A stretch of DNA of 64,000 nt from Gemella haemolysans (GTDB lineage Bacteria > Bacillota > Bacilli > Staphylococcales > Gemellaceae). The stretch is taken from the NCBI RefSeq assembly GCF_032567735.1, contig NZ_JAWHCX010000011.1; one strand, 5' to 3'. Every line of letters begins with the position of its first letter. Position 1 is the stretch's first letter. Both the position numbers and the translations under genes were made by a program. Under the pieces are notes generated by a model that worked only from the letters and a program-made list of their open reading frames with translations, was not told where the DNA came from and made no database searches. Positions 1 to 10,438 of the stretch are shown here, in pieces.

Positions 1-336
1 TCTCAGATCCAACTTTCGCTGCGTTAACTCCGCTTATTAATTCCGGAGCTTTAGCTTGCATAGCAGCAAGTCCGTTAGAAAGTTTCTCAGATCCAACTTT
101 CGCAGCGTTAACGCCATTGATTAATTCCGGAGCTTTAGCTTGCATAGCAGCTAAACCATTAGAAAGTTTTTCAGACCCCTCTTTTGCAGCGTTAACTCCA
201 TTGATTAATTCTGGAGCTTTAGCTTGCATAGCAGCAAGTCCGTTAGAAAGTTTTTCAGATCCAGCTTTAGCACTGTTAAGTCCGTTAAGTAGTTCTGGAG
301 CTTTAGCTTTCATATCTGTTAGTCCTTGATATAATT
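1..336 (-). repeat. 84-nt (28-codon) tandem coding repeats inside the YhgE/Pip gene; the array continues off-window
   Basis: Units start at 1, 85 and 169 and are about 90% identical (9 differences in 84 nt between the first two). They encode KLSNGLAAMQAKAPELINGVNAAK.GSE. A fourth unit (253-336) is diverged. Confidence 0.8.
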
Positions 337-3088
337 TTTTACCACCGTTATCAAGTTCTTTAATACCGATACTTAATTCAGGAAGTTTAGCTTGTAGTTT
401 GTTAAGTCCTGTATTGATTCTTGCATTTCCGTTAACTAAAGCATCGATTCCACCAGCTAACTCAGGAAGTTTCTCATGCATTATGCTGATACCACCACCT
501 AATTTATCGAATCCTGCTTGTAGTTCTGACCCTTTAGCTGCAAGTGTTCCAACACCCTGTGCTAGTTCACCTGTAGTCATTGATGTAGTAAGGGCACTCA
601 CAGCGTTAGTGTAATTTGTTACACCATCTTTAAGTTTTGGAGTTGCACTAGCAAGTTGGTTAAGTCCGTTTGCTAATTCGCCTGTTGTTAGAGAAGATAC
701 AGTAGCATCTACTCCACCTTTATATTGATTGAAACCTGCTATAAGGGTAGGAGTTTTTTCGTTCATTATTGTTAGTCCAGCTTTTAATTGACCACTACCA
801 GCAGAAAGTTTACCGACAGCGTCTTTGATGCTAGAAAAACCACTAATTGTTCCTTCAAGTTCAGAAGTAAGTGTATTTACATCAAATTTATCAAGTTGAG
901 TTTGGATATAATTTAATCTTCCTACACGATATTTCATACTTGAATATTTTGAGTTTGCGCTAGATACTGCTGAAGAAAGTTCAGCTTTAATCTGGCTATT
1001 GTTGTTACTGCTGCTATTTTGAACAGTAGTAGTTGGTTGAGCAGCAGGTGCTGGTGTAGCAGCAACATCGTTACGAGCGGCAGCAAGGATACTTGCTTTT
1101 TGCTCAGGTGTTAATTGCATTGATGATAATGTTTGCTCCAAGTTTGCAAAGTTAGTAGTTGCAGGAGTTGGAGCAGGCGCTGCTGTAGTTGTAGTAGTCG
1201 TAGTAGATTGTGTTTCTATACGATCTACAAGAGCTTTTATAGATTCTAATTGAGAACCTAATTCTGCAAAAGCACTGTTAAGTGGATTAAAATGAGTTCT
1301 ATAAGTAAGTTTTAATCCTTTAAGTTTATCTAATGTTGAATTTAGATTAGATTTCTTAGCTGCTAAAGCACTGTCGCTAGGTAAGTTAGCGTTTAATGCG
1401 TTTAATCCTGTGTTTAGCTTATCAGCTCCATCTACAAGTTTTGGAGTACTTTCAGAAAGTTTAGCTACTCCATCACCTAATGCAGCTCCACCTGCAGTAA
1501 GTCTATTAAGATCATCTTTTTTAGCTGCAAGTCCAGAGTTGATTTGTGAAATACCGTCTGATAATCTATCGATTCCATTGTTTAATGTAGCACTTCCGGC
1601 ATTTAGTTTTTCTAAATCTTCTTTTTTAGCTAGTAATTTTTCATTAAGTGTAAGAACACCGTTAGTATATTTTAAAAGTCCAGCTTGGAATTCTTTGCTT
1701 CCGTTATATAGAGAATTGAAACCAGAAGTAAGCATAATACTCTTAGCTTTGAATGTATCGAAACCGATAGTAAGTTTATTAGATCCTTCAGTTAGTTCAT
1801 TTACACCAGAGATTAACGCGTCTTTTTTATCGTTTAATGAACTTAGTCCATCTGATAATCTTCCAGCTCCACTTTGTAATTGAGATACTCCATCACCAAG
1901 TTTAGCTCCACCTTCACTAAGACGAGAAAGTCCGTCAGTTAGGTGTTTAGAACCATCGGAAAGTTCGTTAACTCCATTGTTAAGTCTTTGCCCACCTTCA
2001 CTAAGACGAGAAAGTCCGTCAGTCAGACGTTTAGAACCATTAGAAAGTTCGTTAATTCCATTTCCAAGTTTAGAACCGCCATCGCTAAGGCGAGAAAGTC
2101 CGTCGGTTAGACGTTTAGAACCATTAGCAAGTTCGTTAATCCCGTTACCAAGTTTAGCACCACCATCGTTAAGACGAGTTAGTCCGTCAGATAGACGTAT
2201 AGAACCATCAGCAAGTTGATTAATGCCGTTGCTTAGTTTTAGTCCACCATCGCTAAGACGATAAAGTCCGGCAGTCAGACGCCACGATCCTTCAGATAGT
2301 TGATAAATACCGCTGCCAAGTCTTTGCCCGCCATCGCTAAGACGAGTTAGCCCATCGGAAAGTCGACCAGAACCGTCAGCAAGTTGATTAATACCGCTGC
2401 TAAGTTTTTGCCCGCCATCGCTAAGGCGACCAAGTCCATTAGAAAGTCGACCAGAACCATCGGCAAGTTGGTTGATACCACTACCAAGTTTTTGTCCACC
2501 TTCACTAAGACGACCAAGTCCGTTGTTCAGTGTATTTGAAGCATCGGCTGCTTTGTGAAGAGATTCACCAATCTCAGAAAACTTGCTGTATAAAGTAGCT
2601 GTATAAGTTTTTACAACTTGATCTTTAACTGTGTTTGTTAGATTACTTGCTACAGTTTCCATGATTTTTTCACCGTTTTTACTTTTTGTAAAATTGGTAG
2701 TAAAGTCGATGTTCATTTTTTCTGGGTTATCGTTTGATAAAGATGTAGCATTTTTAGAAAAATTCTCCGGAATTGTAACTACCATATAGTAGTCTCCTTC
2801 ACGAAGTTCTTTATCGGCTGTATCTTTATCGACAAATTGCCAATTTACTTTTTTATTATCTTTTAGTTTATTGACCATTGAATTCCCGACTTCTAGGGTT
2901 TTTCCATTAAAATCTACTTTTTGGTCTAGATTAACAACCCCGACTTTCATGTTTCCGGTGTTGTCATATGGGTTCCAAACGGATTTTAGGAAGGTTCCTG
3001 AATATAAAACAGGAACTAGAAGAACGGTAGCCATGGTAGCTTTTAAACCTTTGCTCTTTAAAAGGCTACTAAATTCTTTTTTTATCAT
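1..3088 (-). CDS. YhgE/Pip-domain membrane protein (phage-infection-protein / EsaA-like), N-terminal 1029 codons; the 3' end lies beyond the left edge
   Basis: Absent from the ORF track because it has no stop in the window. The reverse strand is open from ATG 3088 (GGAGGA just upstream) to position 1. It begins MIKKEFSSLLKSKGLKATMATVLLVPVLYSGTFLKSVWNPYDNTGNMKVGVVNLDQ, which resembles the YhgE/Pip N-terminal domain, then continues with long Leu/Gly heptad-type repeats (..RLSEGGQKLGSGINQLADGSGRLS..). The + strand ORFs 117-2219 are its antisense shadows. Confidence 0.75.
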   Translation of the reverse strand, partial: MIKKEFSSLLKSKGLKATMATVLLVPVLYSGTFLKSVWNPYDNTGNMKVGVVNLDQKVDFNGKTLEVGNSMVNKLKDNKKVNWQFVDKDTADKELREGDYYMVVTIPENFSKNATSLSNDNPEKMNIDFTTNFTKSKNGEKIMETVASNLTNTVKDQVVKTYTATLYSKFSEIGESLHKAADASNTLNNGLGRLSEGGQKLGSGINQLADGSGRLSNGLGRLSDGGQKLSSGINQLADGSGRLSDGLTRLSDGGQRLGSGIYQLSEGSWRLTAGLYRLSDGGLKLSNGINQLADGSIRLSDGLTRLNDGGAKLGNGINELANGSKRLTDGLSRLSDGGSKLGNGINELSNGSKRLTDGLSRLSEGGQRLNNGVNELSDGSKHLTDGLSRLSEGGAKLGDGVSQLQSGAGRLSDGLSSLNDKKDALISGVNELTEGSNKLTIGFDTFKAKSIMLTSGFNSLYNGSKEFQAGLLKYTNGVLTLNEKLLAKKEDLEKLNAGSATLNNGIDRLSDGISQINSGLAAKKDDLNRLTAGGAALGDGVAKLSESTPKLVDGADKLNTGLNALNANLPSDSALAAKKSNLNSTLDKLKGLKLTYRTHFNPLNSAFAELGSQLESIKALVDRIETQSTTTTTTTAAPAPTPATTNFANLEQTLSSMQLTPEQKASILAAARNDVAATPAPAAQPTTTVQNSSSNNNSQIKAELSSAVSSANSKYSSMKYRVGRLNYIQTQLDKFDVNTLTSELEGTISGFSSIKDAVGKLSAGSGQLKAGLTIMNEKTPTLIAGFNQYKGGVDATVSSLTTGELANGLNQLASATPKLKDGVTNYTNAVSALTTSMTTGELAQGVGTLAAKGSELQAGFDKLGGGISIMHEKLPELAGGIDALVNGNARINTGLNKLQAKLPELSIGIKELDNGGKKLYQGLTDMKAKAPELLNGLNSAKAGSEKLSNGLAAMQAKAPELINGVNAAKEGSEKLSNGLAAMQAKAPELINGVNAAKVGSEKLSNGLAAMQAKAPELISGVNAAKVGSE
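1908..2535 (-). repeat. Second block of 84-nt tandem coding repeats (7 full units plus a partial eighth) in the YhgE/Pip gene
   Basis: New units begin CC(A/G)CC(T/A)TC(A/G)CTAAG at 1908, 1992, 2076, 2160, 2244, 2328, 2412 and 2496. They encode RLS(E/D)GG.(K/R)L..G(I/V)N(Q/E)L(A/S)(D/N)GS.RL(S/T)DGL. Confidence 0.8.
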
Positions 3089-3544
3089 AATTCCTCCTAA
3101 GAATTTCGTCGGCGAAATTCCGTTATATTGAATTTGATGATATGATTTCATACCACTTAAGATATTTTACAACCTTATTTACTAAAAGTCAAAATATTTT
3201 AAAGTAATAGTAAAATAATAATATTTAATATTGAAGTATATTAGATATAAAAGGGATAGAGATTATAACTGTTAAGTGAATATTATATTTGATAAATTGC
3301 ATTACTATTAGGTTTTATTAAGATGATGCGAATATTATGTAACCTTATAAAAAAATATATATTAATTAAAATAATTTAGTTAATATATATTGTAAAAATC
3401 CTGATTAACGAAAAAAATAGTTCACTATTTAAAAAGTAGTTTGAGATATTTTAATTTATAATGAAAATTATTATTTATAAAAGATATAAAAAAGATAGAT
3501 ATCCCTTTTATAGAGGATAACTACCTTTTGTTTTATATTAATGT

Positions 3545-4099
3545 TTATACAGTTGCATGAGTTATTTTGTGTTCTAATAAATTTTTAAAACAAATTTGTG
3601 CGTCTTCTAGGTCTTTTAAGTTCGGATGTTTTTTAGATTCTTTAACCATGTCAACAAGATCCGGTGTAACTTTATGAATAAAGTTTGGGTCATGCCAAGC
3701 AAGAATTTTGAAAACTATCATAACCTTAGGATCCACTTTACCTTGGCAGACGAATGTTTCATGAATTTTGTTGTTTCTTTCTTCCATAAATGAAATATAG
3801 TTGTTTATTGAATCATCAGCATGATAATGTTCACGTGGAACACCACAAGTTAAAAATAGAGCTACGTCTTTTCCATGTATTTCTTGTTGATCAACAAAAC
3901 GTTGCATATTTTTATTTGCATTAGTTTTATCTGTCCATGCACCTAGAATATAGAAATCATATTCTTTCTCTATTCTTTTTCGTTGTTTTTTTATGTCGAG
4001 TAAATCTACCTCGGCTTGGTCTTTTATTTGCTCATAAATAGCTTCAGCTACCTTTTTTGTATTTTTTGTTTTGCTAGAATAAGCAAGTAAAATTTTCAT
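3545..4099 (-). CDS. Flavodoxin-family protein
   Basis: 184 aa. The N-terminus MKILLAYSSKTKNTKKVAEAIYEQI matches a flavodoxin-type FMN phosphate-binding loop (S-x-T-x-N-T). GGAGG lies 7 nt upstream of the ATG. Confidence 0.6.
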   Translation of the reverse strand: MKILLAYSSKTKNTKKVAEAIYEQIKDQAEVDLLDIKKQRKRIEKEYDFYILGAWTDKTNANKNMQRFVDQQEIHGKDVALFLTCGVPREHYHADDSINNYISFMEERNNKIHETFVCQGKVDPKVMIVFKILAWHDPNFIHKVTPDLVDMVKESKKHPNLKDLEDAQICFKNLLEHKITHATV

Positions 4100-4377
4100 A
4101 ATTTAGCCTCCTAATAGAGTTTAGATTATTCACAAACTGTAGTGGTTTTATAGTTTGTGATATTTTAAGTACAATTTATATAAATATTATATCAAAAAAA
4201 TTAAACGTTTTAAATAGCTAATTGAAAATCACAATCAATTATGATTTAATTCTTCAAAAAATTTAAAAAAATTGAAAATATAACCTTATAGAATAATATT
4301 TGTATCATAAAAATAAGAAAAAATATATTGTTTATGATAAAATACTAAATAAGAATAGATAGTGAGGATGAGTAGTA

Positions 4378-5376
4378 ATGGATAGATTGTTTGAAGTGTC
4401 AAGTTATGCATCTTTTATTGTGTATCATATAGAAGCAATGGACAAAATCAAACTTCCTAAAAGGATGATACAAGAATATGTTAATCTTCAAAAAACGGTA
4501 GGTAGTTTTCCTGGAGAGTTAGAGTATGTAGCTAGTTTTTATGATGAAAAAACAGGAAGTAGTGGCACATTATTTGAAAATACTGTTGAAGAAAATTATA
4601 TTTTAGCTTATACAGGAACAAATTTTTATTTTGATAGACAAAAAGATATGTATGCTGATGTAGTTGGTATATGTTTGGGTCAAGGAGAGCATCTAACTTC
4701 GTGTTATAGATTTTATACACGTATGAAGAAAAAATATGGGGATAATATTATTTTAACAGGTCATTCTTTAGGTGGAAGTATTGCCCAACGTGTAGCGATA
4801 GAGTATGATGTAAAAGAGAGTATAGTTTTTAATGCTGCACCGATATATTTGATAGGCGGAATAGATATTTTTATGGACAAAGAGACTGATGGAGAACTAT
4901 ATATTACTCGTATGAAAAAGTATCTTAGGAATATGAAAAAAATTGCTATTAAGAAAGCTTCTTTTACAGGTTCTGTTAAGAGGATTGTTTCGGAGTATGA
5001 TATATTTACTCGTATATCTGAGTTGCTTTCTATTGGATATTATGTGGGTGATGAAATTATAGTTAAAGAAGCTGGAATGCATGGTATTAAGAGTTTTTTA
5101 GATATATATAAGAAATCATTTGGAAGTTCTTTTGAAGGGGAAGAAAATCAAGATGAGTATTTATCTTCAGAATATAAAGATTTTGGTTTGGCAGAGGTAG
5201 GAATATTAAGTAATTTCTCTGAGAAGCGTATAGTGGAGTTAGAAAAACAATTAAATGGAGTTCTTGCTAGTGATACTGTAATATCTAATTTGAATAAGAA
5301 TCCATATAATGTTAACTTCGAATTTTTCATAAAAGCTATATTAAAAAATATAGAGAAAGATAAAGAAAAACAATAA
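4378..5376 (+). CDS. Alpha/beta-hydrolase, lipase class-3-like (DUF2974-like) protein
   Basis: 332 aa with the nucleophile-elbow motif ILTGHSLGGSIAQ. GAGGA lies upstream of the ATG. Family placement is from motif and length only. Confidence 0.55.
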   Translation: MDRLFEVSSYASFIVYHIEAMDKIKLPKRMIQEYVNLQKTVGSFPGELEYVASFYDEKTGSSGTLFENTVEENYILAYTGTNFYFDRQKDMYADVVGICLGQGEHLTSCYRFYTRMKKKYGDNIILTGHSLGGSIAQRVAIEYDVKESIVFNAAPIYLIGGIDIFMDKETDGELYITRMKKYLRNMKKIAIKKASFTGSVKRIVSEYDIFTRISELLSIGYYVGDEIIVKEAGMHGIKSFLDIYKKSFGSSFEGEENQDEYLSSEYKDFGLAEVGILSNFSEKRIVELEKQLNGVLASDTVISNLNKNPYNVNFEFFIKAILKNIEKDKEKQ

Positions 5377-5382
5377 TAGATT

Positions 5383-5418
5383 CCTTGTCTGACGTTTTTG
5401 TCAGATGAGGAGTTTTTT
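5383..5418 (+). terminator. Rho-independent terminator after the lipase-like gene
   Basis: 11-bp stem CCTTGTCTGAC/GTCAGATGAGG (two G-U pairs), loop GTTTTT, followed by AGTTTTTTG. Confidence 0.6.
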
Positions 5419-5619
5419 GTATGTGTATAGTGGCAGGTTCATATGTTTTATAGATTGTTATAAAAACTTTGTGTTTTCTCGTAAGTGATAGAGTGTTAAT
5501 CGCTTGCTTAAAGTTGTAACTTATTAAAGAAAAATGATATAATATAGATAGCTATATGCATTCTTGTAAATTAGTAAGAATATATAATAAAACTTAGTAT
5601 AAATCTAAGGAGGAAGAAA

Positions 5620-6324
5620 ATGGCAGAATATAAAATACTAGTAGTCGATGATGAAGAGCCGATTGCTAACATATTAGATTTTAATTTAAAAAAGGAAGGC
5701 TATGATGTAATAGTTGCTAATGATGGAGAGAAAGCAGTAGAGCTTGCTTTTAATGAAAATCCTGATTTAATTTTACTAGATTTAATGTTACCAAAAAAAG
5801 ATGGAATGGAAGTATGTAGAGAAGTACGTGCTAAAAAAAATATTCCAATTATTATGCTAACGGCAAAAAATAGTGAGATAGATAAGGTTTTAGGTTTAGA
5901 ATTTGGAGCTGACGATTACGTAACTAAACCATTCTCAACACGTGAGCTTATGGCGAGGGTTAAAGTAAATCTTCGACGCGTGACTAAGCAACAAGAAGAG
6001 ATTGTAGAAGAGAAAAATGGTAATGATCTTGTGATTAAAGATATTGTTATTTACCCAGAGGCTTATGTTATTAAGAAAAATGGTGAGGAAATCGATCTTA
6101 CACGTAGAGAATTTGATTTATTCTATTATCTTGCTCAACACCGCGGACAAGTTTTAACACGTGAGAACTTACTTCAAACAGTATGGGGTTATGATTACTT
6201 TGGTGATGTGAGAACAGTCGATGTAACTGTGAGAAGATTACGTGAAAAAGTAGAAGATGATTCATCACAACCTGAATATATAATGACACGTCGTGGTGTA
6301 GGTTACTTTATAGGTGAAGAGTAA
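5620..6324 (+). CDS. walR: Essential OmpR-family response regulator WalR (YycF)
   Basis: 234 aa. It aligns by eye along its length with B. subtilis YycF ([20 protein letters not shown]...[40 protein letters not shown]). It is followed by walK-yycH-yycI. Confidence 0.9.
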   Translation: MAEYKILVVDDEEPIANILDFNLKKEGYDVIVANDGEKAVELAFNENPDLILLDLMLPKKDGMEVCREVRAKKNIPIIMLTAKNSEIDKVLGLEFGADDYVTKPFSTRELMARVKVNLRRVTKQQEEIVEEKNGNDLVIKDIVIYPEAYVIKKNGEEIDLTRREFDLFYYLAQHRGQVLTRENLLQTVWGYDYFGDVRTVDVTVRRLREKVEDDSSQPEYIMTRRGVGYFIGEE

Positions 6325-8252
6325 TGAGTTTTTTCGGTAAGAAATTTAAGAAAAGATTCTTTTCATCAATCCGAACTAAGTTCGTAATAGTTTATGTATT
6401 AGTTAACATAATATCGTTACAATTAATCGGATTGTTCTTTACAACACAATTAAGAAACAGTAATGTAAATACATTTGAACAAAATATTATCGAACAAGAA
6501 AAAATCCTTAATTACCATGTTCGAGAAGAAATCGATAAAATTAACGGAAAGAATGCAGAAGACTCGAAGGTTTTAGAGAATAATGCTGATCAAAATGATA
6601 CTGCTAATAGTAGTCGTGATTCAAAAAGTGGAATTGCAAAATTGGTCAGTGAATTTAATATTCAAAAACTATTGTTAGTTAATGTTATAGATAATGATTC
6701 GAAAATTTTGGCGAGCTCTTCAAAAAATGGAAATGATGAGTATCTTGCTAAGAGATCATTTGATCCACTTGTAAGCCAAGTTATAAAAACGGGAGAAAGT
6801 ACGAAACAGATTCAAAATAATGCCGATAGTAATAAGCGTGTTTGGATTTATGTGAGTCCTGTAAAAAAAGATAATGAGGTTGTGGGTGTAATCTCACTTA
6901 TGGCGGATATAGAAAGTGTCTATCAAGAGGTAAATAGTATTTCGAGAATCTTTATAGTAGGAACTATATTATCGATATTGATTACTACTGTTATAGGATT
7001 TGTTGCTTCAAAAACTGTAACGAGTTCCATTGAAAAAATGAGTTCGCAGGTTAAGAAGATGGCATTAGGGAATTATGGAACGGTAGTTGGTATAGATACA
7101 GATGATGAAATCGGTGATCTTGCCAAAGTATTTAATCAGATTTCTAAGAGAATTGAAGAAGAACAGGCTGTAACTGAGATAGAGCGTAGGAAACTAGCGA
7201 CTATTATCGAAAGTATGATGGACGGGATTATTACAACTGATAATAACGGAAGGATAATTCTGATAAATACCAGTGCAGAGGATATGCTAGGTGGACGTGA
7301 TGATGAAATCTTTATAGGAAAAGATGTTCTGAAGATCCTTAATATCACGGAATATGAAAGTATAGAGGAGATACTAGAAGCCGAAGATAGTCTTCTTGTT
7401 AGTACTTCAAAAACTGATGACGAGCTGCTTTTACGAGCAGAAATTTCTAAGATTGAAAAAGAAGATACAGAAGATTTAACGCAAATGTCTACGGAATTAG
7501 AAGGGTACATTATAGTACTTTATGATGTAACAGATCAGGAACGTCAAGAAAAAGAACGTCGTGAGTTTGTATCGACTGTATCTCATGAACTTCGTACACC
7601 TTTAACGACTATGAATAGTTATATTGAAGCGTTAGAAGAAGGTGTGTTGGAAGACAAGGAGCTTGCTCCTCAGTTTATAGATACTATTCATAAAGAAACT
7701 ACGCGTATGATAAGAATGGTAAACGAACTAATGCAGCTTGGGAAAATGGATATCAAAGAAGAGCATTATGAAAAAGAATTTATTGACATAAATAAAATGC
7801 TTGAACAAATTACAGATAGGTTTGCATTAACACATCCAGAGAAGAACTTTATAAAACATATTTCTAAAACACCGATATTTGTTGAAGGAGACCAGGACAA
7901 ACTTACGCAAGTGTTTGATAATATCGTTAATAATGCGATAAAATATTCTCCAAACGGTAAGAATATTACAATAAGAGTTAGACAGAATTATCATCATAAT
8001 AGGGTGAGTATATCTATAAAAGATGAAGGGGTAGGAATACCTTTAGTGCATATTGATAAAATCTTCAATAGATTTTATAGAGTTGATAAGAGTAGACAAA
8101 GAAGTATGGGTGGAACAGGTTTAGGATTAGCTTTAGCTAAAACTATTGTAGAAGCTCATAAAGGCCGTATTTGGGCACAAAGTAGAGAAGGTTATGGAAG
8201 TATAATATTTGTAACACTACCTTGTGAACAAATAGATGATGAATGGTTATAG
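6324..8252 (+). CDS. walK: Sensor histidine kinase WalK (YycG)
   Basis: 642 aa with an N-terminal TM, extracellular loop, second TM, HAMP/PAS region, H-box STVSHELRTPLTT and a C-terminal HATPase (GGTGLGLA). Its start overlaps the walR stop. Confidence 0.9.
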   Translation: MSFFGKKFKKRFFSSIRTKFVIVYVLVNIISLQLIGLFFTTQLRNSNVNTFEQNIIEQEKILNYHVREEIDKINGKNAEDSKVLENNADQNDTANSSRDSKSGIAKLVSEFNIQKLLLVNVIDNDSKILASSSKNGNDEYLAKRSFDPLVSQVIKTGESTKQIQNNADSNKRVWIYVSPVKKDNEVVGVISLMADIESVYQEVNSISRIFIVGTILSILITTVIGFVASKTVTSSIEKMSSQVKKMALGNYGTVVGIDTDDEIGDLAKVFNQISKRIEEEQAVTEIERRKLATIIESMMDGIITTDNNGRIILINTSAEDMLGGRDDEIFIGKDVLKILNITEYESIEEILEAEDSLLVSTSKTDDELLLRAEISKIEKEDTEDLTQMSTELEGYIIVLYDVTDQERQEKERREFVSTVSHELRTPLTTMNSYIEALEEGVLEDKELAPQFIDTIHKETTRMIRMVNELMQLGKMDIKEEHYEKEFIDINKMLEQITDRFALTHPEKNFIKHISKTPIFVEGDQDKLTQVFDNIVNNAIKYSPNGKNITIRVRQNYHHNRVSISIKDEGVGIPLVHIDKIFNRFYRVDKSRQRSMGGTGLGLALAKTIVEAHKGRIWAQSREGYGSIIFVTLPCEQIDDEWL

Positions 8253-8263
8253 AGGTGAGTAGT

Positions 8264-9577
8264 ATGAGAAGTAGAAAAAAGGAAACTGTAAAATCAGTAA
8301 TTTTAGGAATACTTGTTTTACTAAGTTTAACTTTATCTTATCTTATCATTACTTATCAACCAGATTATGAAATTTTCACAAAAAGATCTACTCAAAAATC
8401 AGTTGATTCAAATAAAAATGACCTTTTAAACTTCCTTATACCCGATAGTGTAGTGAAGAATCAGGAAGGAACAAGGGAAGAAACTATAATTCAAAATACA
8501 ATAACAAAAGTGGCGAGTGTAGAAGCTGTAAAAAATAAAAAAGTACTAAAAGAGCTACTGTTACTACTTTCGAATAGTGAGAGCACGGAATCTAGGGTTA
8601 GAAACCGTAATATAGAAGATATTACATCAAACAATGTTGAAAAAATATTGATAAATTATCAAGTTACCTTAGACTCAGCGCTACTTAAACCATTATTATT
8701 TTCTGAAGATAATTCAAATGTGAGTTTAGAATTTGATACTATAGTTTTATTAAAAAATAGACCTAATATGATTTATCTATATAAAAAAGATGATAAAAAC
8801 TATCTTCAGATTACCTTAAAACAAGATATATATGAAAAAATAAATAGTAAGTTCAATGAGAAAAAGCAAAATTATGCGAAATATAGTTTGAATAATAAAT
8901 TCATATATTTAAAAGAAGATGATGAGGATAATGTTATTGATGAATATAGTGCTGAAGATGTTAATTTAAATAGGTTGGCAAAAGATGTTTTTGAGAAAAA
9001 AGATAATCTTAGAATTAGTAATGAAGATGAAGTGACCGATGGATATGGAATATTAAGAGTTATGAACAATAGATTAGTATATACAAATCCTTCTAATGAA
9101 GGTGGTCGTGAGGTAGGTGCTACTATCGCTATTAATAATACTATTAGCTTTTTAGAGTTAGGTTATATTGGGGACACTAATTATCAACTGACAACTGCTT
9201 TAGAAGGAATTAGCATTTTCCAAGAAGCATATAAAGATTCTATAGCTTTTAGTAAAGATGGTCATGCTGATATTATTTCAGAAGATAATAGTAGTGGGAT
9301 ATATAAGTTAACTTCTCCGAAGAAGTTGACTAAGACTTATCTTTCATCGAAAGAAGCGGAATTGTATTCTGTAGAAAAAACGGAGTATGTAATAAATTAT
9401 CTTTATGAGAGAGTTAATTTGAAAGAAATAAGTGATATAGTTTTAGGGTATGATAAAACATACAACAAAGATAGAAACAGTTTTAGTTATACTCCTACGT
9501 GGTATGTGAAGTATAATGACAGATATGTAAGTTTCAAAAAACTAAAAGAAATGATAGACAAGGGAGAGAGACTATGA
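8264..9577 (+). CDS. walH: WalK activity regulator YycH (WalH)
   Basis: Position directly after walK, an N-terminal membrane anchor (VILGILVLLSLTLSYLIITYQPDYE) and the expected size. I prefer ATG 8264 (GAGGTGA upstream) to the track start at 8243. Confidence 0.75.
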   Translation: MRSRKKETVKSVILGILVLLSLTLSYLIITYQPDYEIFTKRSTQKSVDSNKNDLLNFLIPDSVVKNQEGTREETIIQNTITKVASVEAVKNKKVLKELLLLLSNSESTESRVRNRNIEDITSNNVEKILINYQVTLDSALLKPLLFSEDNSNVSLEFDTIVLLKNRPNMIYLYKKDDKNYLQITLKQDIYEKINSKFNEKKQNYAKYSLNNKFIYLKEDDEDNVIDEYSAEDVNLNRLAKDVFEKKDNLRISNEDEVTDGYGILRVMNNRLVYTNPSNEGGREVGATIAINNTISFLELGYIGDTNYQLTTALEGISIFQEAYKDSIAFSKDGHADIISEDNSSGIYKLTSPKKLTKTYLSSKEAELYSVEKTEYVINYLYERVNLKEISDIVLGYDKTYNKDRNSFSYTPTWYVKYNDRYVSFKKLKEMIDKGERL

Positions 9578-10374
9578 ATTGGGGTAAGATGAAAACATTA
9601 TTTATTTACCTATTTGTTGCTTTAAATGCGGTCTTATTAACTTTTTATGTCTATACAGTTCAGAAAAATAAAACTGAGATTGTCCAAGAAAAAGAAATCA
9701 TAGAGCGTTCTATGAAAAATGATAATATAACTGTTGAAGAGAATACAACAAAACGTGATAATCTTGGTTATGTTAATGTAACTATTTCTGACTTGAAAGA
9801 TTTTAAAAGAGAAGAGAGTGGGTTGAAATTTGAAGTTGAGAATGTAGATAAAACATCAACTCTAAAGGTTAGTTCAGAAAATGTAATAACCAATGTTAAC
9901 AAGAGTAGTTATAGAGCTGAACTAGACTCGTTTTTACTTGAAAAAATGAAACTTAGCTCAAACTATGTCTTTTCTAGCTATAATTCTATTAAGAATGAAA
10001 TTGCATATGAACAACAAATTGACAGTTTTAGAGTATTTTCAAACAAAAATGCTAGGATAGTCTTTAATGTTGAGAGTAATGGGGATATAAAACATTTTAC
10101 ATTAACGGGAGTTTCTAATATAAGAAAAGATAAAAATGAAACTCTAGTTGCCTCTAATCAAGCTATAAATAGGCTATATCATGAAGATTTAATTCCCAAA
10201 AATTGTAGAGTTCGTGCTACATTAGGATATTATACTTATATTTCACAAACAGAAAACCAAGTATTAATACCAACTTGGAATGTAGAAATAAGTGAAAAAG
10301 ATGGTCAGGTGAGCAACTATTACGTAGATGCTATAAACTTGAATATTTTAAATAGGAAAGGACAGAGCTCATAG
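9574..10374 (+). CDS. walI: WalK activity regulator YycI (WalI)
   Basis: 266 aa. N-terminus MNWGKMKTLFIYLFVALNAVLLTFYVY is typical of YycI. There is a 4-nt overlap with yycH. Confidence 0.7.
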   Translation: MNWGKMKTLFIYLFVALNAVLLTFYVYTVQKNKTEIVQEKEIIERSMKNDNITVEENTTKRDNLGYVNVTISDLKDFKREESGLKFEVENVDKTSTLKVSSENVITNVNKSSYRAELDSFLLEKMKLSSNYVFSSYNSIKNEIAYEQQIDSFRVFSNKNARIVFNVESNGDIKHFTLTGVSNIRKDKNETLVASNQAINRLYHEDLIPKNCRVRATLGYYTYISQTENQVLIPTWNVEISEKDGQVSNYYVDAINLNILNRKGQSS

Positions 10375-10386
10375 ATATAGGTATAA

Positions 10387-10424
10387 AAAAGCTATCCATC
10401 ACAATAAAGTGGTGGATAGCTTTC
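10387..10424. terminator. Bidirectional terminator between walI and dps
   Basis: 13-bp stem AGCTATCCATCAC/GTGGTGGATAGCT, with an A-run before it and a T-run after it. Confidence 0.7.
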
Positions 10425-10438
10425 TTTTTGATATGTTA

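Noticed and set aside
117-2219. Four + strand ORFs (70-157 aa) rich in Ser/Pro/Leu/Ala with internal repeats.
   Set aside because: They are antisense shadows of the repeat region of the minus-strand YhgE/Pip gene. They have no RBS, are low complexity, and the opposite strand is a continuous 1029-codon frame with a recognisable N-terminal domain.
4130-4160. A 9-bp inverted repeat, TCACAAACT-N13-AGTTTGTGA, in the flavodoxin gene leader. I considered a CRP/FNR-type site (TGTGA/TCACA halves).
   Set aside because: The half-sites are in the wrong relative orientation and spacing for CRP/FNR-family boxes. It is most simply a 5'-UTR stem-loop, and there is nothing to tie it to a regulator.
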